From positions 97,756-161,755 of the forward strand of contig CAVZUR010000005.1 of the NCBI GenBank assembly GCA_963778555.1: a DNA stretch of 64,000 nt. Direction: 5' to 3'. Both the position numbers and the translations under genes were made by a program. The notes under the pieces are model-generated. The model did no database searches and was not told where the DNA came from. It was given only the letters and a program-made list of their open reading frames with translations. The first letter of the stretch is position 1. Each line of letters begins with the position of its first letter. Source of the stretch: Candidatus Moraniibacteriota bacterium (GTDB lineage: Bacteria > Patescibacteriota > Minisyncoccia > Moranbacterales > UBA1568). Shown here piece after piece: positions 1 through 8,807 of this stretch.

Positions 1-1650
1 GTCACCAATGGTGCAGGGAGTATTACCATCGCTTCGACTCTGGGTGTGGCTGTCGACAGCGCTGAAATCACCGACAATGACCTGGACTTCATCGATTTCC
101 AGAATACGATGGATCTCGATGCCAACCTCACCCTGAATCAGACCACATTTACTTGGGACCCAGTCCTTCACCGGCACCACAACCAATGGCTACACCTACA
201 CCGCCGCCTCCCTCACCACGGGCTACGCTATGGACCTGAACGTCAACGGTGCCGTCCTCACCTCGGTGGCGCCATCAACATCGACGGCCGACTGGCGCGG
301 CAACTACCGGCTCCTTCAAGATTACGACCACGGGGCGGTGATGGCGGGGAGCTTCAAATCTCTGCCACCGCCACGATGCCTCTATATCAATCTCGGATGC
401 CGCGGCAATGACGACCGACTGGTGATCACCCCGCCGCCCTCGCACGGCTACCAGGACTGGTCAACGGCGACGCCACCTCACCCGGGTGCGCCATCGACAT
501 GACGGAACGACCGGAGTACTGCACTGCCGGATCCTCAAGATACGACGACTGGCGCCGCGAACCGGCACTGATCTCGGGACTGCCTCCGATATGCTCGCCC
601 CTCCAGAACGTCGCCTCTACCGTAGCTAGGCACGATGACGACGACGGGCGACTTGCTCACCCTTACTGCAAACTCGGCCACTAGTGCGACGGGACTTCTC
701 ACAATTGATGGCGGTAATGCGATGACAAGTGGTGGGGCCCTCAACATCACCGGCACTACCTATAATCATGGTGCTGATTTTGAAGAAGCCACTCTCGTGG
801 CTGTTGCTTATTCCGATACGACCTCTGGCGCTTTCAACACTACCACCTACGGCCTTGCGTCAACCCGACCATCAACATCACCACCGGTGCCGGCTCCAAA
901 GACAACAGTGCTATCTTCGTTCAACCATACCTCTGTACCGGTGCCACCCATTAATGTCTGTCCGGGACTCACGGATGCTCGGACATGGAACGACCAGGCC
1001 ATAAATGTTGGTTCTGGCTGGGATACGTATTCAACTCCTTTTCGCTCGATATCTCTGGTACTGGCGCCATCACCGGAGCGACGGGGATCACCTCGAGTGG
1101 CTCTATCACCTTTAGTGCCTTTACCAGTAATGGTGGTCCGCTCTACACCAACGGTTCGGGTGTCATCGCTCAAACCACTGCCGGGACAGCGACCCAAGTC
1201 CTCCATGGCGGTACTGCTCCAAGCTTCTCGGCCATTGTTGCTGCGGATATTACCGCTGACTCCCTCGACTTCACCGAATTCCAAGACACCCTCGATCTCG
1301 ATGCGGCCCTCACCCTGAACCAGACCACCAATACCTGGACCCAGTCCTTCACCGGCACCACCACCACCGGCTTCGCCTACACCGCCACTTCCCTCACCAC
1401 TGGCTCCGCCCTCAATGTCACTACCACCAATACCGCCACCGCCAACACCGCCCTCTCACCGGTTCAGTTCAATCTGACCAATGCTCAATCCACCCTCGCG
1501 AATACAGCTGGCATCAATGGAGTGCAAGTCAACTTCACCAACAACCCATCCATTGCGGGAAACACCGAAAATGCGGTTCGGATTCAGAACCAGGTCACGC
1601 GAACGTCACAGACAATGCGGTCGCTCTCTCCTCCTCCTCGACAACGCCGA
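1..1650 (+). pseudogene. Frameshift-riddled 5' continuation of the giant surface-fibre gene (gene start lies outside the window)
   Basis: ORFs in three + frames (46-411, 230-502, 635-1318, 985-1818) each carry pieces of motifs that are in frame further downstream: DSLDFxxFQDTLDLDAxLxLNQTTxTWxQSFTGTTT at ~61, ~1255 and ~3001, and YAMDLNVNGA at ~220 and ~3150. Aligning 61-700 to 3001-3420 by eye shows 1-3 nt indels, e.g. tgggacccagtcc vs tgggatcagtcc. Confidence 0.6.
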
Positions 1651-4600
1651 TACTACCGCCACTGGCACCACCATCGTCACCGATGCCATCGCCATCACGA
1701 ACTCAGGCGGATCCAACTTCACCAACTTCCTCAATACCCCGACCCTCGACATCAGTGCGGCGGGGGCCATCACCGGAGCGACGGGGATCACAAGCTCGGG
1801 GAACATCACGTTCTCTAGCCTCACCGCTGGCTCTGTCCTTTTTGCGGGGACGTCGGGTATTCTCCAGCAAGACAATGCCAACTTCTTCTGGGATGATACG
1901 AACAATAGATTGGGGATCGGCGACACCACGCCCGATGGGCGGTTCGACTTCGACCTAGCCTCCACCTCGACGACGGCCGCGAATGAATACGGCGGTAACT
2001 ATACGTTCACGGATACTGGCGTCGTCACAACCGGTACGGACAATACTATCGGAGAGTCGGTCACAGTCACTCGGACCGGCGCGACCGGCGGGACGATCAG
2101 CACGTATGGAAGCCTCATCACGGCCACCGCCGATACGGCGGGCGCGGGCACGTCTGCCATTATCGGCCAGTATGTGACGGCCTCTGGCGCCGACACCACG
2201 TATGGGTTTTACGCCAATGTGACAGGTACGACCAGCGCGACTTCCTATGGCTATCTGTCGAACGTGACTGATGCCACGACAGGTGCCAATACCAATTATG
2301 CCGAGGCGCTTCAGATAACAGACACTGGTGTCGTGACGGCAGGTACGGATATCACGGTGGGCGACTATATCACCGTCACTCGAACCGGCGCGACCGGCGG
2401 GACGATCAATACCTACGGGGACGAAATCATCATAACGACGGACAATGCTGGTGCGGGCACGAGTACTGCCACTGGTGAGCTTATCGATACCGGTACGGCT
2501 GGAACGACGAATGCCGATACGACCTACGGCCTCTATGTCGCTACTGAAGCCAATGCCGGAACGACAGCGTTTGGCATCTATGTCGATGCGGGTATCCAGG
2601 CTGGAACCGAATACGCAGGCATCTTTATGAATGGCAATGTCGGTGTCGGGGATGCGACACCTCTCTCACTCTTCACTGTCGGCAATGGTGACCTCTTCCA
2701 GGTCAATTCGAGCGGTGCGATCGCCGCTGCCGCTGGTGTCACCTCTTCCGGTACCATCACCTTCTCTGGTCTTTCCACGGCCGGTATCGTCACCAACACT
2801 GCTGGTGGCGTCCTGGGGACGACCACGGCCGTCGCCGCGACCCTCGGCGGCACGGGCTTCTCCTCCTATGCGGTGGGTGATCTCCTCTACGCCAATACCA
2901 CGACAAGTCTCGCCAAACTCGCTGATGTGGCGGCGGGCAGCTGTCTCATCTCGGGGGGTGTCGGTGTAGCACCGACATGGGGAGTGTGTGGCGCGATCTC
3001 GGCTGACTCACTGGATTTTGTCGACTTCCAAGACACCCTCGACCTCGATGCCAATCTCGTCCTCAATCAAACCACCTTTACTTGGGATCAGTCCTTCACG
3101 GGGACGACGACCAATGGTTTCACGTATACGGCGGCGTCTCTGACCTCGGGCTACGCTATGGACCTGAACGTCAACGGTGCCGCCGTCCTCACCTCGGGCG
3201 GGGCTCTGAATATCGACGGCCCGACCGGTGCCGCGGCTCAGGCGGCGGGCTCACTTTTCAAGATCACGACCACGGGAGCAGTGACCGGGACGGACGGGAG
3301 CGGCAATTCATCGCAGATCTCGAGTGCGACGGTGACCGGTACTGTGTCGTCTATCTCGGATGCCGCGGTCATGACGACGACCGGTGACCTCCTCACCCTG
3401 ACCGCCAACGCAGCGACGACCACGACCGGCCTCCAGACGATCAATGCCACTGGTCTCACCACGGGCTATGCCATGGACCTGAACGTCAACGGTGCGGCGG
3501 TGCTCACTAGCGGTGGAGCCATCAATATCGACGGTCCGACGGGCGCGGCGGCTCAGGCCTCTGGTGCGCTCCTCAACATCACGACCACGGGAGCGGTCAC
3601 CGGTACGGCCGGTATCGGCAACTCACTCCAGGTGACGAGCGCTACCGTGACAGGCACGGTCGCCTCTATCACCGATGCGGCCACGATGACCACGACCGGC
3701 AATCTCCTCACTCTCACGGGCAATGCGGCGACGACGGCAACGGGCCTCCTCACGGTGAATGCCAACGGCCTCACGACGGGGAGTGCAGTGAACATCGCAT
3801 CGACCGCGACGGGACTCACGACCGGTGGCGCACTGCAGACCATCACACATTCGGGCTCGAATGCGGCCAACATCGGTTCGCTTCTCTCGCTCCAAAACAC
3901 CGGGACAGCCAGTGGCAACATCAGCCTCCTCATCCAGCACAATGCGACGGGAACAGGTAATCTGGCGTTCCGAGTCAACGATATCGCCGGCGATACGACA
4001 CCCGTGGTCATCGATGGCACGGGCCAGTTCGGTATCGGGACAGCTGCGCCGACGACATTGTTCGAGCTGTACGGCACCGGGTCGGCGGACGCGATCGCGA
4101 CGTTGACCGCGCCGGATGCAACCTTTGATCCGATCCTGAAGTATCGCACTGGCGCCACTCCGGCCGTCCAGTTCTCGCTCGGCATCGACAACACTGACTC
4201 GGACAAGTTCAAGATCTTCTCGGGTGATGGCGTCGGCTCGGGCGATGAATTCGTCATCGATAGTAACGGTGTCACGACAATCGCCAACCTGAACCTGGGT
4301 GCGACGACCTTCGACTCGGACGCCGGCGCGATCGTCTGGACGGATATGCCGGTGACGGCGACGACCGCCGCTGCGACCGTGATGAGCTATAGCGCGCAGA
4401 TTGATGCGACGAATCTCATGACGATGTATTCCGAGAGCAACGGTACGGGCGGCATTCAGAATACGCGTGTCGGTATCCTGACGACTGCCCCGCTTGATGT
4501 GCTGCATGTAGCTGGTGATGTGCGCGTCGGTACGGGCACCACGGGCTGTGTAAAAGACGCAGACGCGACGGTATTGACGGGAACCTGCTCTTCGGACGAA

Positions 4601-5629
4601 CGATTGAAGAAGAATATCATCCCGTTTGATAGTGTCCTGGATAATCTCGCCTCATTGACGCCCGTTACCTACAACTGGAGAAGTGATGAATTTCCGGATA
4701 AGCATTTCGGAGAAGCTGTGCAGCGCGGTCTGATTGCTCAGGATGTACAACGGGTATTTCCAGAGCTTGTGAAACAGGATGACGATGGCTATCTGCAGAT
4801 TGATTTTTCGAGCATTCAGTTCTATCTCTTGCAAGGTATCAAGGAAGAATACGCGTTGATTCAAGACCAATCAAACAGTATCGCCGCATTGTCTCTGGAG
4901 ACGACAGCTAGTATCACGACCTTGTCTGAACTCGAAGCAGCCGTTGAGGGACAGTTGATACTCGCGAGCGCGAACTTCACGACGCTGGCGGAAAAAGATG
5001 CCTTGATTGATACCAAACTGACAGAACATGATACGTACTTCGCCCGCGACCTGGCGCGGCTCGACGCAATTGATGCGCTGACGGCTCAGATGGCGCTCGA
5101 TCAGAACGCAGCCGCGGCCAACCTGGTGACGCTTCAGACTGAAATGACGGTTTTGACCGAGCAAGTCGGCACGCTCATGGAATTCTTCAACACGCTGGAC
5201 CTCGGCAATATGGTCGCGAAAGACGAGCTCGGCAATGTCGACCTGCTCGGCGGCACGCTCCGGGCCACTGCGCTCGCCACTGGCGGTATCACTATCGAAG
5301 TTGCCGATGAAGAGGCTCCGACCATTGGAACAGCGATGATCCTTCCAGTCGAGACGGACGCGGACGGCGATGGCAAAGATGATGAGACTGGTTCGGACGG
5401 CAAGAGTACGAGCGTCCTGACAAAAGCAATGATCCCGATGATCAACGGCTCACGCATCTTCACGAGCTTCAAGGGCAATCCGAACGCGTTTAGCTGGATC
5501 GAAAAGATCGTCACTGATGACGGGGAGTATGTCGGATTCAAGATCCGCGTCTCGGCGCCGGTCACGGAAAAGATCAAGGTCGACTGGTGGCTGATCGAGC
5601 AGAAGGATACGTTCTCGTCGAATCCATAA
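1481..5629 (+). CDS. Giant Thr/Gly/Ala-rich repetitive surface fibre-like protein with a C-terminal tail-fibre intramolecular chaperone (Peptidase_S74-like) domain
   Basis: 1382-aa uninterrupted ORF with low-complexity T/G/A/S repeats and an internal 105-aa tandem repeat. It continues with CSSDERLKKNI...VTYNW...GLIAQDVQRVFPELV, an Ala/Leu/Glu-rich helical segment and a ~150-aa terminal domain. Genuine coding appears to join this frame only near ~1620; the listed ATG is not the real start. Confidence 0.8.
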   Translation: MLNPPSRIQLASMECKSTSPTTHPLRETPKMRFGFRTRSRERHRQCGRSLLLLDNADTTATGTTIVTDAIAITNSGGSNFTNFLNTPTLDISAAGAITGATGITSSGNITFSSLTAGSVLFAGTSGILQQDNANFFWDDTNNRLGIGDTTPDGRFDFDLASTSTTAANEYGGNYTFTDTGVVTTGTDNTIGESVTVTRTGATGGTISTYGSLITATADTAGAGTSAIIGQYVTASGADTTYGFYANVTGTTSATSYGYLSNVTDATTGANTNYAEALQITDTGVVTAGTDITVGDYITVTRTGATGGTINTYGDEIIITTDNAGAGTSTATGELIDTGTAGTTNADTTYGLYVATEANAGTTAFGIYVDAGIQAGTEYAGIFMNGNVGVGDATPLSLFTVGNGDLFQVNSSGAIAAAAGVTSSGTITFSGLSTAGIVTNTAGGVLGTTTAVAATLGGTGFSSYAVGDLLYANTTTSLAKLADVAAGSCLISGGVGVAPTWGVCGAISADSLDFVDFQDTLDLDANLVLNQTTFTWDQSFTGTTTNGFTYTAASLTSGYAMDLNVNGAAVLTSGGALNIDGPTGAAAQAAGSLFKITTTGAVTGTDGSGNSSQISSATVTGTVSSISDAAVMTTTGDLLTLTANAATTTTGLQTINATGLTTGYAMDLNVNGAAVLTSGGAINIDGPTGAAAQASGALLNITTTGAVTGTAGIGNSLQVTSATVTGTVASITDAATMTTTGNLLTLTGNAATTATGLLTVNANGLTTGSAVNIASTATGLTTGGALQTITHSGSNAANIGSLLSLQNTGTASGNISLLIQHNATGTGNLAFRVNDIAGDTTPVVIDGTGQFGIGTAAPTTLFELYGTGSADAIATLTAPDATFDPILKYRTGATPAVQFSLGIDNTDSDKFKIFSGDGVGSGDEFVIDSNGVTTIANLNLGATTFDSDAGAIVWTDMPVTATTAAATVMSYSAQIDATNLMTMYSESNGTGGIQNTRVGILTTAPLDVLHVAGDVRVGTGTTGCVKDADATVLTGTCSSDERLKKNIIPFDSVLDNLASLTPVTYNWRSDEFPDKHFGEAVQRGLIAQDVQRVFPELVKQDDDGYLQIDFSSIQFYLLQGIKEEYALIQDQSNSIAALSLETTASITTLSELEAAVEGQLILASANFTTLAEKDALIDTKLTEHDTYFARDLARLDAIDALTAQMALDQNAAAANLVTLQTEMTVLTEQVGTLMEFFNTLDLGNMVAKDELGNVDLLGGTLRATALATGGITIEVADEEAPTIGTAMILPVETDADGDGKDDETGSDGKSTSVLTKAMIPMINGSRIFTSFKGNPNAFSWIEKIVTDDGEYVGFKIRVSAPVTEKIKVDWWLIEQKDTFSSNP
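3143..3772 (+). repeat. Two in-frame 315-nt (105-aa) tandem repeats inside the giant protein
   Basis: T(S/T)GYAMDLNVNGAAVLTSGGA(L/I)NIDGPTGAAAQA...SATVTGTV.SI.DAA.MTTTG.LLTLT.NAATT.TGL occurs twice, starting at 3143 and 3458. A degraded, frameshifted third copy lies at ~205-700. Confidence 0.85.
4586..4870 (+). other. Peptidase_S74-like intramolecular chaperone / autoproteolysis domain (domain-level feature)
   Basis: The S-D-E-R-L-K-K-N motif, with Ser at the expected self-cleavage position, is followed by PVTYNW and GLIAQDVQ. These are signature elements of the phage tailspike/endosialidase C-terminal chaperone domain (recalled as Pfam PF13884). Confidence 0.7.
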
Positions 5630-5666
5630 CCACTCTGCGTATGTATCAAGCACTGTCGCCATGAAT

Positions 5667-5701
5667 AAAAAAAAGCCGGATGAGCAGTGGAGCGATCCGG
5701 C
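5667..5701 (-). terminator. Rho-independent terminator, read on the minus strand
   Basis: 7-bp stem gccggat/atccggc (5675-5681 / 5695-5701) with a 13-nt loop, followed on the minus strand by T8 (A8 at 5667-5674 on the plus strand). It lies ~315 nt downstream of the PaaX-like gene. Confidence 0.5.
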
Positions 5702-5967
5702 AGAGCCACGAGGCTGGCAGAAGGAATAGTCATGTCCTGGGAAGGGGCGGAAGCGCGGACACTTCTCCTCTCCCAGGACAGGATCATACCACCTGTCTAA
5801 AACTCAGGAAAAAAACTTTAACCAGTTTCCTGAGGCAGTGACATTCCGCGAAAGGCGCTTTTTCGAGAAGCGCTTTTTGCGTTACTTCTTATCTTAGAGG
5901 AGTTTGTCTCATTCTGGCAAATGAAATCATGCTATTTTCTAACCCGACTACCAACCTTACGACTAAA

Positions 5968-6003
5968 TGTAACATAATTCCACGGCCGTGGAATTATGGT
6001 ACA
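5968..6003. promoter_or_regulatory. 36-nt near-perfect palindrome, copy 1 (tgtaacataattccacggccgtggaattatggtaca)
   Basis: Self-complementary apart from one position. Located 13 nt downstream of the stop of the 6016-6576 gene, with a nearly identical copy at 6640-6675. Confidence 0.6.
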
Positions 6004-6015
6004 GTGAGAAAAAGG

Positions 6016-6576
6016 CTATTTCTGTTTAAAAAAATGACGCTTCAGGTGTTCTACATCATTGAGAGTGATCACTGTGGCCACTCGGACGTATGGTTCGGCG
6101 CCGTATAAGTGGACTAATTTCAAGATAGCCGACTCATACGGGTATGGGGAAACAAAGACGCTTTGTTGAAGTTTATAAAACTCCAATGTCTGGAGATGTT
6201 CACGCAGGACGTCTCGAAATGCTCGATTGGCTTCCGGAATATCGAAGAGAACCAGGCGCCACTTCTTATCCCACGCTTTCGGCTTTCTCAAATGGATAGA
6301 ATCACCGAAAAGGCTGAGTACTTGAGCTTCACGTTGACCCTCTTTGGTCAGCACTAAGCGGTACGAACCATCCGAAAGCTTCAATTCCCTAAAGAGTTTT
6401 TGGTGCGACAGCCGACGAAGAGAACGATTGAAACTTCGCTGGTCGATCTCCTTCCATCCGGCATGGGCGAGTCTGAGCGCTCTGAAATACTGAGCGGGGG
6501 ATTGAACTGCGCCGAGCGCCACCCCAGTCAAGAGCACAAGAAGAATTTTCTGCTGTACTGGACCGAATTTATACAT
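6016..6576 (-). CDS. PaaX-family-like putative transcriptional regulator
   Basis: 186 aa. The N-terminal region is winged-helix-like. The central motif KKWRLVLFDIPEANRAFRDVLREHLQTLEFYKLQQSVFVSPYP matches the W-x-L-V-x-FDIPE...R...LR..L...GF..LQ.SVW..P signature of PaaX-type regulators. Confidence 0.6.
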   Translation of the reverse strand: MYKFGPVQQKILLVLLTGVALGAVQSPAQYFRALRLAHAGWKEIDQRSFNRSLRRLSHQKLFRELKLSDGSYRLVLTKEGQREAQVLSLFGDSIHLRKPKAWDKKWRLVLFDIPEANRAFRDVLREHLQTLEFYKLQQSVFVSPYPYESAILKLVHLYGAEPYVRVATVITLNDVEHLKRHFFKQK

Positions 6577-6639
6577 CGCTTTCCATGGAATTGAGTATCC
6601 GTACGACCCTTAATTCGCTACCTGTCTTTTGTATCGTAT

Positions 6640-6675
6640 TGTAACATAATTCTACGGCCGTGGAATTATGTTACA
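6640..6675. promoter_or_regulatory. 36-nt near-perfect palindrome, copy 2 (tgtaacataattctacggccgtggaattatgttaca); candidate operator
   Basis: Lies 64 nt upstream of the start codon of the PaaX-like gene, in its presumed promoter region. It differs from copy 1 at two positions. Confidence 0.6.
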
Positions 6676-6780
6676 TCGAACCCCCCCCACCCTTCCAGAG
6701 GGGGGGGCTATGAACTCACGCACCGATAGAGTAACAGTATCGTCAACACCCCCATCAAAGGCTTTTCAAAGCACCAGCGT

Positions 6781-7843
6781 TTACTGGCCGACTTCTTTCC
6801 AGTTGAAGTCGCACGCCCGAGTACCGGGACAGGTGACAATGGTTCCGCAGCCATCATCGATGGTGAAACTTGCCACTGGGTCATTCGAGCATTTATTGAC
6901 AGAAATCGCGGTGGAACTGGCACTCGCACAGGAATTGGTCGGGACGCAGACCACGTTGGCTATCGCGAAGGCAGAAGCGTGAAGTCCGAGGTACGGCGTG
7001 ACGCTAATAGTGCTTGACCCAGTGGATACGCCTCGAGCCGTCCGTCCTCTAGGACTGCCATCGTTATTTCCCACCCTTGCGACATTTTGATTTGAGCTGA
7101 GCCAGGCGACAGCATCGGTCACATCAGTCGTACCAGTGAGGTTGCTGCAATCAATAGTTCCGCCACCGGCACGGTAATAGGCATTGAACTGGAAGGGCGT
7201 GATGCCTATAATCGCTGAGGCGGGACAAATCTTGAAATCCGCACCACCGAGAACCGTCACGGTGGCCTGTGCCGTGGTGACGCCGCTAGAATTGGTGGCA
7301 ACGAGTGTAAATATCGTGGTACTCGTCAGCAAGGGTGTTGAAATCGAGCCGATCGGTCCCAAAAACGGTCCACCAACCCCATTATCGATGAACACGGAAG
7401 TCGCACCAGGAATATTCCAGTTGAGGGTAGTAGCGGTATTGTTGGGAATGGTAGCTGGAAACGCCCAAAAGGCTCCGGGGGCGATGACGGGGGGGACAAC
7501 AGGCGCGGCGACGCTGCAGACTCCGCCGCATTGGTATGCGCCGGGACAACATTGGCCCAAGACATTGCAACTGGAACAAGGCAGGCCGTAGAGCGGCTCG
7601 ATCATGGAGGTTCAATATCGCACAGGAGGCGGGGACGACGAGTCCGCCGGCTTCGCCCGATGGAGATGTCGCCGCAATCTGGATTTCGGAAGAATACGCT
7701 GCTATGGGGGCCGAGCGGGGAGTTTGATACGAAAAGAAAAACCCACCCGCCAGGAAGGTTACGAGAGCAATTGAAAGGAAGAGAACCTTATTTTGTTTTG
7801 ATGCAATCCGGATTATTTTCCGGATTTTTTTACGCAAAGACAT
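6781..7843 (-). pseudogene. Secreted/membrane-anchored Cys-rich protein with Ig-like (Big_2-like) repeats, split by one apparent frameshift near 7600-7615
   Basis: ORF 7382-7879 supplies the start (MSLRKKIRKI at 7843) and a TM anchor (VLFLSIALVTFLAGGFFF), then runs into an Arg-rich nonsense frame. ORF 6781-7605 carries the plausible protein (CSSCNVLGQCCPGAYQCGGVCS, then beta-rich Big_2-like segments) but has no signal peptide. Removing one C in aacctccatgatc would join the two frames. Confidence 0.55.
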
Positions 7844-7921
7844 ACCTTTTGTTTCGAGGGAATCAACACCAATCCACAACCATAGTATACATGTTTTTCC
7901 GGCTTTTCTAAACCATGGAGG

Positions 7922-8740
7922 CTATTTGTCAAGTAGCCCGAGATTATGTCGGATGACACTTCGAGTTTCCTCGAGACCGGCCGCGTAGAGGGCTGGATCA
8001 TTTCCCGGATACGCCCGGCCCCAATCAGTTGGGCTCATGTGTTCGCTTGCGAGGAGTGCGGTCTCTAGAGCCTTTCGAGCAGCTTCTTTTTCTCCAAGAT
8101 TGAGGAGCGCGGTACCATAAATGTTGTTCAGCCAGGGATTGCCGTGAGCCTGTCTGAGGCCGGCTGCTGCTGTGTCGCGAGTCTTTTCATACTCACCTAG
8201 CTTGAAGTAAATCCACGCCAAGTCGTTGTAGCCGGCCCAATTGAAGGAATCGCGTTTGATGAATTCGCTGAATCCCCAGATTGCGCTTTCATAGTCGCCT
8301 CTATATCCACTAATGAGCCCCTGCATATAGTAGGCCCGCTTGAATTCAGGATCTATACGGAGTACGGTGTCCATCTCAATCCGCGCCGATTCGAATCTTC
8401 CACTGATGAAATGGATGCGTCCGAGCTGGAAATGCGCTTCCAAAAAATCAGGATGTAATTCAATCGCTCTTGTGTAAGCAGACTCCGCTTTCTTAATGTC
8501 ATATGCTTCTCCATCCCCGAAATAGCTATCGCCGATTTTTAGAAACAGATCTGGATTGCTACGATTAACGAAAGTGGCAACCGTTTCCAACCCAAGACCG
8601 GGCCAGAAGGAATAGAGTTGCGGGATATGGAAACATGCGTAGGTACTGGAGAAAAGGGCAATAACAGTCCCAACCAACAGCACAGTGGAGGGCCTCATTT
8701 TGAGAGTCAGAGAAGTGATGGAATCCGTGATTTTATTCAT
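7922..8740 (-). CDS. Tetratricopeptide-repeat protein with an N-terminal membrane anchor
   Basis: 272 aa. TM segment VLLVGTVIALFSSTYACF, followed by repeated TPR-like units (A..Y..AI.L.P.F.EA...LG, YY.QG...G.Y..A...F, AW.YFKLGEYEKT). Confidence 0.75.
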   Translation of the reverse strand: MNKITDSITSLTLKMRPSTVLLVGTVIALFSSTYACFHIPQLYSFWPGLGLETVATFVNRSNPDLFLKIGDSYFGDGEAYDIKKAESAYTRAIELHPDFLEAHFQLGRIHFISGRFESARIEMDTVLRIDPEFKRAYYMQGLISGYRGDYESAIWGFSEFIKRDSFNWAGYNDLAWIYFKLGEYEKTRDTAAAGLRQAHGNPWLNNIYGTALLNLGEKEAARKALETALLASEHMSPTDWGRAYPGNDPALYAAGLEETRSVIRHNLGLLDK

Positions 8741-8807
8741 GCATGATTCCAGTATAATATATCATGTTGAGATAGTATTTTTGCAGAAAAAACAGTTGTC
8801 GTTGTGT

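Noticed and set aside
3553-4507. Long antisense ORFs (3553-4287, 3623-4507 on the minus strand; also 847-1284, 1606-1965, 2578-2853) inside the giant fibre gene.
   Set aside because: They fully overlap a much longer sense ORF with coherent repeat and domain structure. Their translations are Arg/Pro/Val-rich low-complexity sequence typical of shadow frames in GC-rich repetitive DNA.
1-5629. Prophage or phage-tail region, suggested by the S74 chaperone domain and later by the GIY-YIG gene.
   Set aside because: No capsid, terminase, portal, baseplate, integrase or lysis genes are nearby. The domain sits in a >1400-aa cellular-type repeat protein.
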